Below, piece after piece: positions 14,076 to 26,785 of a stretch of 64,000 nucleotides of DNA (position 1 is the stretch's first letter; each line of letters opens with the position of its first letter). The notes beneath the pieces were generated by a model that saw nothing but the letters and a program-made list of their open reading frames with translations, searched no databases and was not told the origin of the DNA. The stretch covers positions 34,596,001 to 34,660,000 of the forward strand of contig OX597826.1 of assembly GCA_951406725.2 (NCBI GenBank). The letters are read 5' to 3'. This stretch comes from Octopus vulgaris (taxonomy: Eukaryota). The position numbers and the translations under genes were made by a program.

Positions 14076-15831
14076 TGTTTCTTTATTAGCCACACAGGGC
14101 TGCACACAGATAGAACAAATTACAAGGTAGAGCTTTTCTTTTGAAGGTTTAAGAAGGAAAAAAAAAAAAAAAAAAAAAAAGGAAGGGGGAGTTTCGATCA
14201 AAAGGGATCGTAAAAGGAGAGAAAGAGGACAAAAAAAAGGGGGGTTAAAAAAAGGGGGGGAGGAAAAAAATTGATCAATAGGGATCGTTATCACAGAAAT
14301 GTCAATATGAAGTGTAAAGGGGAGGACAGGTGAGGTTTACCCGTGCAAAGAAAAGCCTACGGAAAAGACCACGGTAACCTCGGTCAATGATGTCACATTT
14401 TATATTTCTTTTTTTTTTTTTGCAAATAAGCAACTCTCTGTTTTCGATTTCTGGGTTCATAGGACTATGCTCAAGGTGGCTTCGTCATTCATACGTGCCA
14501 TTCTTGCTACATTCATCCATCTTTTTTTAAAACATTCGCTAGACAAAACTTGCCTCTCTACTCTCACTTTCCTTTTCAAGTGGTACTTGAAGAAGTTGAT
14601 GAGAGATTGACCAGAGAGGAAAGTGTTTGTCTCCAATCCTTTCAGACGCGTCCACCAGATACATTCTTTCGCCATAGCCACAAGGATGATGAAAATAGCT
14701 CTTCCTTCCCGTTTGAAGGAAGGAGGCGTGACAATATTGACGATATACTCAGCTGATAAACCGACTCGTCCCACACGTGACAGCAGTTGTTCGACATAAG
14801 CCCACAGGTCGGAAATTGTTGGACACTGAACGAGTGCGTGCAGAACGGTTTCGTCGCTCTGACCGCATCTCGGGCAGGTCGGCCCCGTGTTTCTCGAGCC
14901 GTGTCTGTAGAGCTTATCCCGAACGGGTAGCGCTTCTCGGTAGCACTGCCAGGCCAGGGATCTCTGGAAGTTGTCCATGGGCCCTGGCCCGAAAGTCGTC
15001 CTGAACAGGCGGGTCAGGTACTCCTCGTCGACGTCCAGGTTCGCCCCGACCTCGTCGTCGTACCTCCCCTCCACTAAACCCCTATAGAATGCTTTGGTTG
15101 TGTTGAAGTCACTTAAGGTCGACCCAGGACGGCAGAGTTGCTTGAGAGCAACGCGACACTCGCGGTGCCATTCGCCCTTCCTCGGCCTCTTTTTGATCCA
15201 CGACTGCAGTTCGGTCATGGAGACGAGCTGCGGGAAAGCGTGCCTCACAAACGGCGACCACACCTGTTCACCGTCGTCTACATAGAGCCAGAGATGCCGC
15301 AGTCTCAGCGCGTGTCTGCGCATCATCAACCACGGCATGCCCAGCCCTCCTTTTAACGGGTGTTGACAGCAAATGGATCGCCTGACCATCGGGACGCATC
15401 CTTTCCACAAGAAGCGAAAGAGGATGCGTTGTAGTTTGGTGATGGTAGGGTCGGGACAAGGTACGACGGTCAGGCGGTAGTAGATGACGGACGCGATGTA
15501 CGTGTTCGCCACCTCCGCTCGACCTTTTAGGGACAGTTTCCTCTCGGCCCATTGCCGGGCGAGAGTGACCACCCTACTCGTTATCTCGTTCCAGTTCTTC
15601 TCCACTTGGAGGTCCGGACCAAACCAGACCCCGAGCAACTCAACCGGGCCGTCGGTCCAGCGTCCCACGACGGAGGCGCTGGTGGACGGCATGGGCTTGC
15701 TTCTCCAGGTGCCTAGTCGCAAGCCCACTGACTTTTCCCGGTTGATTTTCGCTCCTGTCACCGCTTCGTAGTTTTTCAGTGTCTCGAAGCGGTGACAGGA
15801 GCGAAAATCAACCGGGAAAAGTCAGTGGGCT

Positions 15832-15832
<1 letters not shown>
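14076..15832 (-). mobile_element. 5'-truncated Tx1/L1-clade non-LTR retrotransposon inserted in (GATA)n
   Basis: GC-rich block with an uninterrupted ORF2 C-terminus, about 380-nt 3'UTR, AATAAA at 14082-14087 (minus strand), and (TCTA)n on both flanks. Confidence 0.92.
14457..15785 (-). CDS. Tx1/L1-like ORF2 C-terminal part (end of RT, thumb, zf-RVT CCHC knuckle); 5'-truncated
   Basis: ETLKNYEAVTGAKINREKS, LLGVWF, LSLKGRAEVAN, FLWKG, P.KGGLGMP and CPRCGQSDETVLHALVQCP are diagnostic L1/Tx1 motifs. No stop codon over more than 440 codons. Confidence 0.9.
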   Translation of the reverse strand, partial: ETLKNYEAVTGAKINREKSVGLRLGTWRSKPMPSTSASVVGRWTDGPVELLGVWFGPDLQVEKNWNEITSRVVTLARQWAERKLSLKGRAEVANTYIASVIYYRLTVVPCPDPTITKLQRILFRFLWKGCVPMVRRSICCQHPLKGGLGMPWLMMRRHALRLRHLWLYVDDGEQVWSPFVRHAFPQLVSMTELQSWIKKRPRKGEWHRECRVALKQLCRPGSTLSDFNTTKAFYRGLVEGRYDDEVGANLDVDEEYLTRLFRTTFGPGPMDNFQRSLAWQCYREALPVRDKLYRHGSRNTGPTCPRCGQSDETVLHALVQCPTISDLWAYVEQLLSRVGRVGLSAEYIVNIVTPPSFKREGRAIFIILVAMAKECIWWTRLKGLETNTFLSGQSLINFFKYHLKRKVRVERQVLSSECFKKRWMNVARMARMNDEATLSIVL

Positions 15833-15870
<38 letters not shown>

Positions 15871-15871
15871 G

Positions 15872-15941
<70 letters not shown>

Positions 15942-15945
15942 GATA
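15832..15945. repeat. (GATA)n microsatellite
   Basis: Directly visible in the sequence. Confidence 0.95.
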
Positions 15946-16199
15946 AGCATATACGAATTTCTTTGGAGTACCGCTGATGCAAGCTTCAGATAAATAGATA
16001 TATCTAAGAGCATATGTGACAAGCAGAAATGCAACGTGTCAAATTATACAATGCAACGCATCACTATTTATTTGAATATGTGGATTGACTTCATATGTAA
16101 GAGTGTCATAGAAAAAGATCTTTATAGATATCAACGATATATTCCGTTTCGACGTTGAATATGTGGTACATTTCACAACACTCCCGCTAATAGCTTTGC

Positions 16200-16446
<247 letters not shown>

Positions 16447-16609
16447 CATTTTCATTGTAACAAAAAGTATTCGTTAATATGAGTTACAGCAGCTCATATA
16501 CATACATATTTATATAAGTATATATATTTGTGTGTACTTATGTATGCCTTTGTGTGTGTGGTAATACATGTATGGATGCATTTTTCAATCAATGTATCTA
16601 CCTATTTCC

Positions 16610-16656
<47 letters not shown>

Positions 16657-16720
16657 CACGAACACATGCACACACACATATATGCGCGCACTCTCTCTCT
16701 CTCACTCTCTCTCACTCACA

Positions 16721-16779
<59 letters not shown>

Positions 16780-17159
16780 ATATATACTGTAGTAAGGTAG
16801 TTGAAACCAACCAAAATAGAGCAAATACAATAACGGTAATATAAAGTGTATGTTCTGTAAAAATAGAAAGCCAGGCCAAGTGCTGTAGAAGAACGCTAGC
16901 ATAAGAAATGGCATATTCTTTGGTACATTGATAAATATATTGAATATGACTCAGTAAATGTCTAAATCGAGAGACAATTATTAAACCATTCACCAAGATC
17001 TTCATATACACGTGAATATTTCTGTAGCAGCATTTTTTGTTATCTGTTCTGCATTTCGAACTTATACGTTCAGGGAATGAATTCATACGATGATGACAGC
17101 AAACGTTTATATGTCCTTTCCTTTGTATGGTTATAATCGTCAATGGCAAAATGATATGC

Positions 17160-17197
<38 letters not shown>

Positions 17198-17247
17198 TAA
17201 TAATAATAATAATAATAATAATGATGATGATAATAATGATAATAATG

Positions 17248-17311
<64 letters not shown>

Positions 17312-17331
17312 TGATAATAATGATAATAATG

Positions 17332-17406
<75 letters not shown>

Positions 17407-17420
17407 GTAATAATAATAAT
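17160..17420. repeat. (AAT)n array with a duplicated GAT-variant block
   Basis: Directly visible; the block 'atgatgataataatgataataatgat' occurs twice. Confidence 0.95.
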
Positions 17421-17645
17421 GGTATAAAAGATGGCCTGCAGCAAATATTCTGCTCAGTGTCAGTTGTTTGATCTTAACCAGTTGAGCATGTCCCTTAGTG
17501 GCTGGCCATATGGGCTAGAAGTAATGGGGGAGCATCATAGCCGTGTGTTGAGAGGAATTCGTTGGAGTTTGGATCATTTACTTCTGGAAACATGGATGTT
17601 TTGTCTAACATCTTTAGACATCCCTTATTCAAGAGCCTTTTGAAC
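17421..17645 (-). mobile_element. Unclassified retroposon 3' end abutting (ATT)n
   Basis: GC-richer segment ending directly in the AAT array. It resembles a recalled common octopus repeat, but only one copy is present here. Confidence 0.3.
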
Positions 17646-17659
17646 TTATAACCAGGAGA

Positions 17660-17953
17660 CAGAGTAAATACCGCTAAGCATAACGACCCGGTGTTCTAAC
17701 GATTCTGCCATCTCACTGTCTTAATAATAATAGTAATGAAAATGGTTTCAAATTTTGCCACAAGGGCCGCAATTTTGTGGGCGGATATGGGTGGATTACG
17801 TGGACACCAGTGTTCAACTGAAACCTATTTTATCGTTCCAAAAAGGATGAAAGGTAAAGTAGACCTCGCCGGAATTTCAACTCCGAATGTAGTGATGGAT
17901 GCAATATCGCTGAGCATTTCGTCCGGCGCACTAACGATTCTGCCAGTTCACTA
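17660..17953 (-). mobile_element. Two degraded Nin-SINE (family B) copies
   Basis: 'taacgattctgcca' head remnants at about 17697 and 17932; Nin domain 'tttatcgttccaaaaaggatgaaaggtaaagtagacctcgccgg'. Confidence 0.7.
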
Positions 17954-18109
17954 AATTGAAGATAATAAAGCTAAACGCACATACACATATTACAATCCCG
18001 ACCAGACACAACTTTATGTATACATGACGCCCACAACTCTTAATACACATGAACTTGAGGAACTATATTCGAATAACTTGTATTTGACATACGATCTTGC
18101 AATCTAGAT

Positions 18110-18175
<66 letters not shown>

Positions 18176-18234
18176 GTGTGTATATGCATACATATATATG
18201 TGTGTGTATATATGTATATATATATATATGCCGG

Positions 18235-18271
<37 letters not shown>

Positions 18272-18288
18272 GTCGATACATGTATAGG

Positions 18289-18319
<31 letters not shown>

Positions 18320-18622
18320 GTATGTATACGTATATATATTTACTTATGTGTATACGCGAGTGTATTAACACATATGTGTGTGTCAAGCTTTGCACAGACG
18401 TCTGTATCTTACCCTACGTGCGAAACTGTGCCCGTATTTATCTACGCTATGTGCGTATATTTATGCTTCAATACACGTGTGTACCTGCGTATATGAGTTC
18501 TTATACATATATATATGTATATATTCATACATACGTGTGCGTATGTGCGTGTATCTAGTGGTACGTATATACCCATATACCTGGATGTGCATGTGTAAGC
18601 GTGTATGTATATATGCGTATAT

Positions 18623-18969
18623 TTAAGACCCCCCCCCCCCTTCGGTCATCAATGACCATGGGATTGCACCTAGAAAGTTACCCTCCTAGACACAAGTCCG
18701 GGCAAGGTTGTTTATGGAAGACCAGCAGTCGCCCATGCATACCAGCCTCCCCTCTCCACGCCACCAGTGTTATCCAAGGGAAAGACAAAGGTCGATACAG
18801 CTTGGCACCAGTGACGTCGCAACTCATTTCTACAACTGAGTGAACTGGAGCAACGTGAAATAAAGTGATTTGCTCAAGAACACAACACGCAGCCCGGTCC
18901 GGGATTCGAGCTCACAACCTCACGATCGTAAGCTCGACGCTCTAACCACTGAGCCATGCGCCTTCACAT
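18623..18969 (-). mobile_element. tRNA-SINE family D (MESC/CORE-like central domain) with 11-bp TSD
   Basis: Head 'gtgaaggcgcatggctcagtggttagagcg...gagctcgaatcccgg' followed by 'gtgttgtgttcttgagcaa'. TSD tatgcgtatat at 18612-18622 and 18970-18980. Confidence 0.85.
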
Positions 18970-19259
18970 TATGCGTATATATATCTGTGTATGTATATAT
19001 GCGTCTAAGCACGAACACAAAACACCATTTCGTCTAAGTATTCTCTTCCTTTCAACTTCTTCCTTTTCTTTCTCTTAAGTGTTTTAACAGAGAAAGCTCA
19101 TTACGTCATTTTCTCTAAATTAGAATATATACTTTCCACGTTCATATTTGAAATTCGCGTTTCAATAATTTTTTTTCTAATTTTACTCATTCTCGAATTT
19201 GATGGACATATAGCGGTACACAAACCGACTCAAGAAATCTCTAGTGAGACTTTTCATTG

Positions 19260-19310
19260 GTGTCCCTGAAGTGACCCAGACGGGTCGAAACATGTGTTGT
19301 GCACAATAAA
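19260..19310 (+). ncRNA. Type I hammerhead-ribozyme-like motif (degenerate) followed by AATAAA
   Basis: gtgtcc CTGAAGT GACCC agac GGGTC GAAA C atgt G TT gtgcac AATAAA. The A9 position reads T. Confidence 0.55.
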
Positions 19311-19529
19311 GTCTATTACACATTCCATCTCCTATTTTATCAATACTATCACCCCAACCGCCACTACAAAGTTTCTGCAATAAATCTACGGTTAACAACG
19401 GGTAATCGAAACTGTGACGGTGCTTTACACATCATTCATTTATACAATTTCTACCATTTCTCCATTATATTCACATATCTGTGTGTATGTGTGTTTGTAA
19501 AAATGTGTGTGTTTATGTATATACATACA

Positions 19530-19592
<63 letters not shown>

Positions 19593-19620
19593 ATATATAT
19601 ATATGTATATATATATGCAC

Positions 19621-19658
<38 letters not shown>

Positions 19659-21059
19659 TTGTGTTTGTGTGTGTGTATATAGTTACATATACGTATATAT
19701 ATGTATGCATACAAGAACCACAAATATTATATGTCTGTTGCATTCTGCAGAACGAAAGAAAAAAACACAAAAGTGCTATATCTCTACAAAGAAATAAGCC
19801 AAGATGCTCTGTGAGGTTTCATTAAAAATATAGACATTACAAAAGCTGCCAGACGTATATGCTGGAATTTGTCATTTAAAAGTGATAAATTTGGTTAATA
19901 ACAGCTTTTGTAACAATGAGAAAGACAGCAATAGAATTACATCTACACATGTCTGGTAATTCTATTTATTTGATTATGTTTCTTACGTAACAACTTTTCA
20001 TATCATCTTATATATAATTCAGAAGGCGCAGCCCTTGTACCTGCCTAAGGCTTTTAGTCATGTAAATGTATAACTCATCGTCTTCTTTATTGTAGTTAAC
20101 GTTCATAGACGTCATCATCTTAATTCTCTTCATCACTATCAGCAGATCGCTTTATACGGTTCACTCTTCAATACTGTTGGACATATATTTGTACGCAATG
20201 AAATTAAAATGTGCAAGTTATATTTTCCATGTGGCAACAGAAATAAGAAGCATAACAGATTTAGTAAAAAATGTTTGGCAAAGAAAGTAATGTGTCTTTT
20301 CTTCATACATTATGTCAGTTTCGGAAGTGACTGTCTGGTCGTGGATATTTTCCATCAGCGGAATATATCTCCTCCGTTTTCACGCTGTCTATGTGTGTTT
20401 ATAACAATCCAGTTTCACTGATTTTTCGAATTTTATGGTCCAAATCAATGATTCTTAGAAGATTAAAGTTTTCTTATGCGTGCCGCTGTCTGTGATGCAG
20501 ATAATAATACGGGGAGCGCAGAAAATAGCGAATTTAAATAAATAATAAATTGTTTCTTTCTCCATACATTTAATAGCATTGTGTGTGTATGTGTGTTTGT
20601 GTGTGCATGTGTATGTGTGTGTGCGTTTCTGTATGTGTGTTTATAAGCCTTGATAATCTTAGTGGCTACTACTAACTTCAGAACACCACAGACAGAGACG
20701 ATGGTCTTGAAGCCGAGAATTTGAAGTTACGGAGACAATACTTACATATCCCCTGAAGAAATACTATAGTTCATAATACAAGGAAATGATTACATAATGA
20801 TGTACCTCGATGACTGAGAAACTACATTCCGTAGAAGCAATTGTAGTGATTGAGAATAAATGTTCAAACGTACGCCTTCTTGTTGACTTCAAATCTGTCA
20901 ATCTGTTCACACACGACAGAAGCCCAGACGCAAACATGGAAGTACGTATACTACTATTACTGGATAACACAGGGTGAAATTTGAAGGTGAACGAGATTTA
21001 TACTGAAACTGCTTCCTTAACAGGATATAGTACAACTATATATGTATATCCATATGCAT

Positions 21060-21079
21060 CTACCTATCTATTTATTTAT

Positions 21080-21115
<36 letters not shown>

Positions 21116-21176
21116 ATATCTATCTATCTATCTATCTATATATCTGTCTGTCTGTATATCTGTCTATCTATCTATA

Positions 21177-21241
<65 letters not shown>

Positions 21242-21256
21242 GTCTATCTGTCTGTG

Positions 21257-21325
<69 letters not shown>

Positions 21326-21345
21326 GTCTATCTCTCTCTCTCTAT
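21060..21345. repeat. (TCTA)n microsatellite
   Basis: Directly visible in the sequence. Confidence 0.95.
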
Positions 21346-21412
21346 ATATATATATAAAGATAATATTAAGATAAACAAAGTTTTCTACAATGCTCTGCTA
21401 TCTCTCTGATAG

Positions 21413-21890
21413 ACTTGCAAGTCTATGCTTCCAAATTTCTCTAGTCCGTGACGAAATATTACTCGTCGAGTACTGTTCTAACCTCGTGTACTGAATTCAT
21501 ATTTTATCCGTCCAAATGATTTTGAAGATTGCGGAATAAATGATAATCAGATGGGGTAATATCCGGCGAATTTGGTGGATGAGGTATCGTTTCCCATTCA
21601 AACTGCACTAGCCTTTGGAATGTCATCCTCGCTGTACGTAGTCGGGAATTATTCAGATGGAAGAACACCTTTCCTCTTGAAACCAAAGAAGCTCGTTTTC
21701 CTTCTAGCGCTGACTTAAACCGCTCAAGCTACTGGTAGTGGGTCTCCTCTGCTATCGTTGGGCTTGGGTTTAAAATTTCAAAGTGAACTAAACCTTTCAT
21801 ATCTCGCCAAATAGATAACAGCACATTACGTGGGTGAAGACCTTCTTGAGCCTGGAGTGCCAATGTTTCTCCTTTCCCTACCCGCTATCC
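21413..21890 (-). mobile_element. Mariner (DD34D) transposase pseudogene fragment
   Basis: WETIPHPPNSPDITPSDYHLFRNLQNHLDG matches the mariner HPPYSPDLAPSDYHLF motif. The frame is broken by stops and frameshifts. Confidence 0.88.
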
Positions 21891-23354
21891 TCGGCGCGTG
21901 ATACTTCAATAGAAAACTCATTTCTTGCCACCAGTCACTATTCGGTCCAAAAAAGATTAATTCGTGAGTTTTTTTTATTGGATTATCATTGAATACTAAA
22001 TATGAAAAACTATGTAAAAGTAAATGCATGATCTACACTTGATAATTCCATATCAAATATAGGAATATAAGATTCATGTAAAAATATGAGGGTCATTATA
22101 AAACGGAATAATTCCCCATTCTTAGGGTTAGTTTACAGAAATATTTATTCTCTGAATGAGTCAAACGAAAAGTCAAGAAAAGGAAATTTTTCATTAATTA
22201 TATTCGCGTTTTTGAATTCCTATCAATTTATCGATCATTCTTCCACATACATATGCCGTATGTTCGAATACACATACACACACACATACACACGTACGTA
22301 CATTCATACAAGTTTTTCTGTGTGTCTGTGAGTCTGTGTTTGTGAGAGTATGTGTGATATATATATATATGCAAAGCAATTGATATATATATCGAGGGAG
22401 GGTGACAACGAGACACACTCACACACATACACGGAGACTGAGATAGAGAGGAAGAAAGATGGAGAGAAACAAGAGATAAAACAAGCAAGGGTGCTCTGTT
22501 AATGTGTGGATGTGCGTGAGTGCCATTATTTGAGTGTTCATCTGTTCATAACTTTGATTTCGAGTAATTTCTGGGTATTTCATTAAGATTCCATCATCAA
22601 TCACAGACAGTGCTACCGTCTCCACTGCAATTATTACTAACAAAAACACTGATATGAAAAGCGCCAACAACAAAAGCAAAAAATTATAAAATTTAATTTA
22701 TATTCTAATAAGTTTTCAATTTTTTTTTAAATATTTATTTTAAAGAATCTGAATTACTGCACTTAAATTTAGTGATTTATAAAGAAAATAGTGAGATAAA
22801 ATATCTTTCAGATATCTTAATTCTGTAATATTTTCTCTTATGGTTTATCTCACTCGAGTTTGTTCTGAATAAATTTATCCAACATAAATTTCATTCAATT
22901 CTGAAGAATTTAAAGTGAAACCAAATGTATCTATATATATATGTGTGTGTATATACATAAACATATATATATATATATATATGAATGTATGTATTATATA
23001 TATATTCATAAATATAGATATATGTATATAGACATTTGTATCTATGAATGTTTGAATCTATGATTACTTGTCTAAAAAGCAGATAAAAGGGAGGTTTATA
23101 AACCTGTGCTTAAGTTATTTTTGGAAAACGGTAAATGATTTTCCCTTGTTATACAAAAGCTCACGCAAGCGGAAAGGCATAGAATCTTTCTCACGACAGT
23201 TTGAATACAGTACAATATGGAAAACAGTAAAATCATATCTATATACACGATTACTTTATAAATATATATATATGCATGTTTCTATAATTTTGCCCTTACT
23301 TTCTTCGACAATGACACACGCTCACACATGCACAAACACTCACAGACGCAGCCC

Positions 23355-23406
<52 letters not shown>

Positions 23407-24264
23407 AACACACATTTACGATGAAGAAACGATTTTAAAAATACGTAATTCTCTTCCAACAGTGATTGAATCAAGCGCAAGTTGAATGATGTAAAAACTT
23501 GAAACAGAATATTTTTCATGAAGTACGGTTAAAAACAATTAATTAAAACGAGAAAGTTAATAGAAAATATTTTCAGAAATATTTCATTGTTAAATAAATT
23601 TTTTCATAAAATTATATTATTCTTATTTCATGAAAATATAAAGTACATTTTAACATAAATTTGTTTAACAAAAATTTACGCAAATCATTATAAAGATATA
23701 TATATATATCATTATAAAGCTGTATATAAATAAATACATATTTATAAAACAAAACTTTGTTTTTAAGACAAACTAAAATTTCGAAAAATGCAGTGATCTT
23801 GAAAATGGCCAACACAGATGAAGATATAGATCAATACAGCATGGCTTTTTCAATGTTGTGATTTGAAGCATCGAAAGAAATTTTAAAGTCTAGTTTTGTC
23901 ATTTGCAGAAAATTCTCAAGAACACTTAAATCAAACATTACAGATGGAAATGAAGGGTTGGCTAGAAACGTTAAATGGATTTCCTAGAAGTGTTGATCAG
24001 GAAGTAGACAGATTGGACTTTTGTTGGCTTCTAAGTGGATGGATTTTCATGCAACAACAAATTCACATTCTCTCACTGACACATCAGTTTTTCATGTGTA
24101 GAAACTGTGGAAATTAGTCTAATCTTAATTAGGAAAGACGATTTTAATAAGAAATTTCAACCAAGAACGTCCAATTGAGAATCTTCTTTACGTTTAAATT
24201 ACACTTTCCATGAAGGAACTTCGATGTTTTTCTCTTTTATAGAATATTTTCCAAACTTTCATTA

Positions 24265-24341
<77 letters not shown>

Positions 24342-24899
24342 GTTATTATTATTAGAGACTTGCTTTTAAAATGTGATTTCTAATACCTTCTGCTTGACTT
24401 CTCTTTTGAATTTCATTAATTCAATGGTTTCTGTTTTGTTTTTAACAATTTAATCAACGCTTAATTGAGGTGGGGCACTGTACGTTGCACTAATGAACCA
24501 AAATTGAATCTTGCATTGCAGGAATGAATGAATGATTATTGATGAAAACTAAAACTTCCCAATTTCAATTCACTCAAATATTGGTAATAGTGCATTTTCA
24601 CGGGGTAATTCTTACGTATTTGGTGAATGGTCTTTTGGTGTTATACCCTAAGTCTGTTGAAGTGTAGAAAAATAAAATGTAAGGAAATATATTTCAGATG
24701 TCACTGCACTAAATTTGAACTGATTGAGCAACAACGTATTTCTTCTGATTATATTCATCGATATATATGTATATATACCTGCGCGAACGCACATTCCCAC
24801 ACATACACACTCATATATCTTTCCCTTGCACTCTCCTATCTCTTTCTCTTGCACTCTCCTATCTTAGAAAGAACTTTTTCTTCACCTATTTCCTTCCGG

Positions 24900-25106
24900 T
24901 CATTTCAAAATGTAACTCCGTGTGCATCGCTGGCGATTTTCTTCCTCCGTCTTCCATTCTTTTTGGACTTATCTCTATTTCTGAAGAAGAGCTTGGCTCG
25001 TAGCATTAAATCCTCATCCCTTTCCTGAGCGTCTGATAATACAGTACTTGTACCACATCCCCGCGTTATTGATTTTTCGTTACTTTTTGTTCTTCTTTGT
25101 TTGGAT

Positions 25107-25110
<4 letters not shown>
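24900..25110 (+). mobile_element. Penelope-like terminal-repeat relic with hammerhead-like motif (24977-25011)
   Basis: attt CTGAAGA A GAGC ttg GCTC GTAG CA TT aaat. Downstream 'ttcctgagcgtctgataataca' is homologous to 44717-44740; ends at (TA)n. Confidence 0.5.
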
Positions 25111-25150
<40 letters not shown>

Positions 25151-25200
25151 GAAAATAGGATAAAATCTTTATAAGAATTTATCAAGTAGTTAGCGTGAAC

Positions 25201-25232
<32 letters not shown>

Positions 25233-26324
25233 ATATGTATATATGTATATATTCCATTCATACACCAAAATCTTCATGTTATAATATAACATATTTGAAT
25301 TAATTTCATCATATGAGTGTTAGAAATATGTAAGAGTATAACGATGGGCAGAAAAGAAAATTCTTTGGTGAATAATATGTAAACTATGACATTTGGGTTT
25401 CGCATATGTGCATATTTTAATGCAGCCACAGTTGTATACGCCTGTGATAATTATACATAGAATAGGCTCATATATGTACACAAGATAACTAAAAAAGAAT
25501 GACAATGTGAAAATGTGCAAGCAAACATCAATAGACCTTTTAAAGCAATAACGGTTTTGATTATCAAGTATTTTAATACAATTTTCATGCAGTCCAGTAT
25601 GTGGGTGTATGTGCGATGGAAGCAAATTTAAAGAGTAAATTTCTATAATGACAGCAGTAATATATGTTTAAAAGCAGCTATTATCTTGGATTTGTTTGTA
25701 ATGCCCACGCAAAACCATCTAGATCTAGCAATTAATATCATCTTTTGGCAACGTAGTGCGAAAGCATAGTGTTAGAAGAATTATGTTTTATTGAACCGCA
25801 TCTGTATCTTGGTGCAATTGAATGACGTAAATCTCTTATGTGAACGTTGCAAAATATTATTTACTCCGCTGGGGGCTCCACTTCAGGAAAGTTTGAATGT
25901 CGTAGTGGGGGATTAGCAGTGCGTTGTCGTTTATTTAGGGTCGCATGTATGTAGAGGTTACAGTGAAGATGCTAATAATCCAAACAAGAAGAATACCGAA
26001 GGATAACCGATCCTTGTGGTACACCTGAGTTGATATAGTAATGGCTGAGAAGACACATGTTGCAATAGAATTACTCGGCATGAAGATTCCAATCCATGTT
26101 AATAGAGATCAGTAGAAACAATTTAGCAAACAACTTAAGCAGAAAATTCTGTATTACATTATTTGGTATTGTTTTAGAGTAAATTATTGCTGTTATTGTT
26201 AGTGCTGTGATTGTTTTGCTTTTTTGTGTTTTAACTATTTCTCTGTTTTTTTTGTGAGTTTCATATACTTGCGTTGTTTTTATATTCATGCTTCCTGCTT
26301 GTTTTCCACCTTGTTGTTGTTTTC

Positions 26325-26386
26325 ATTATTATTATTATTATTATATTATTATTGTTATTATTATTATTATTATTATTAATATTATT

Positions 26387-26430
<44 letters not shown>

Positions 26431-26622
26431 GATCCTCACAATCATCAACATGATCATCACAATCATCATCATCATCATCACCATCATCACCATCATCATT
26501 ACTATTATTGGTATTATTATTGTGGTTGTTGTCATTAACATCATTATTATTATTATTATCATTATTATCATTATTATCATTATCATCTTCATAATCATCA
26601 TCATGATCCTCACAATCATCAA

Positions 26623-26658
<36 letters not shown>

Positions 26659-26725
26659 TACTATTATTGCTATTATTATTATTGTTGTTGTTGTTATTGC
26701 TATTATTATTATTATTATTATTAAT

Positions 26726-26785
<60 letters not shown>
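26325..26785. repeat. Compound (ATT)n/(ATC)n/(GTT)n array with internal duplication
   Basis: Directly visible in the sequence. Confidence 0.95.

Noticed and set aside
14550-15771. Plus-strand and alternate-frame ORFs overlapping the Tx1 ORF
   Set aside because: Antisense or shadow frames of a GC-rich coding sequence.
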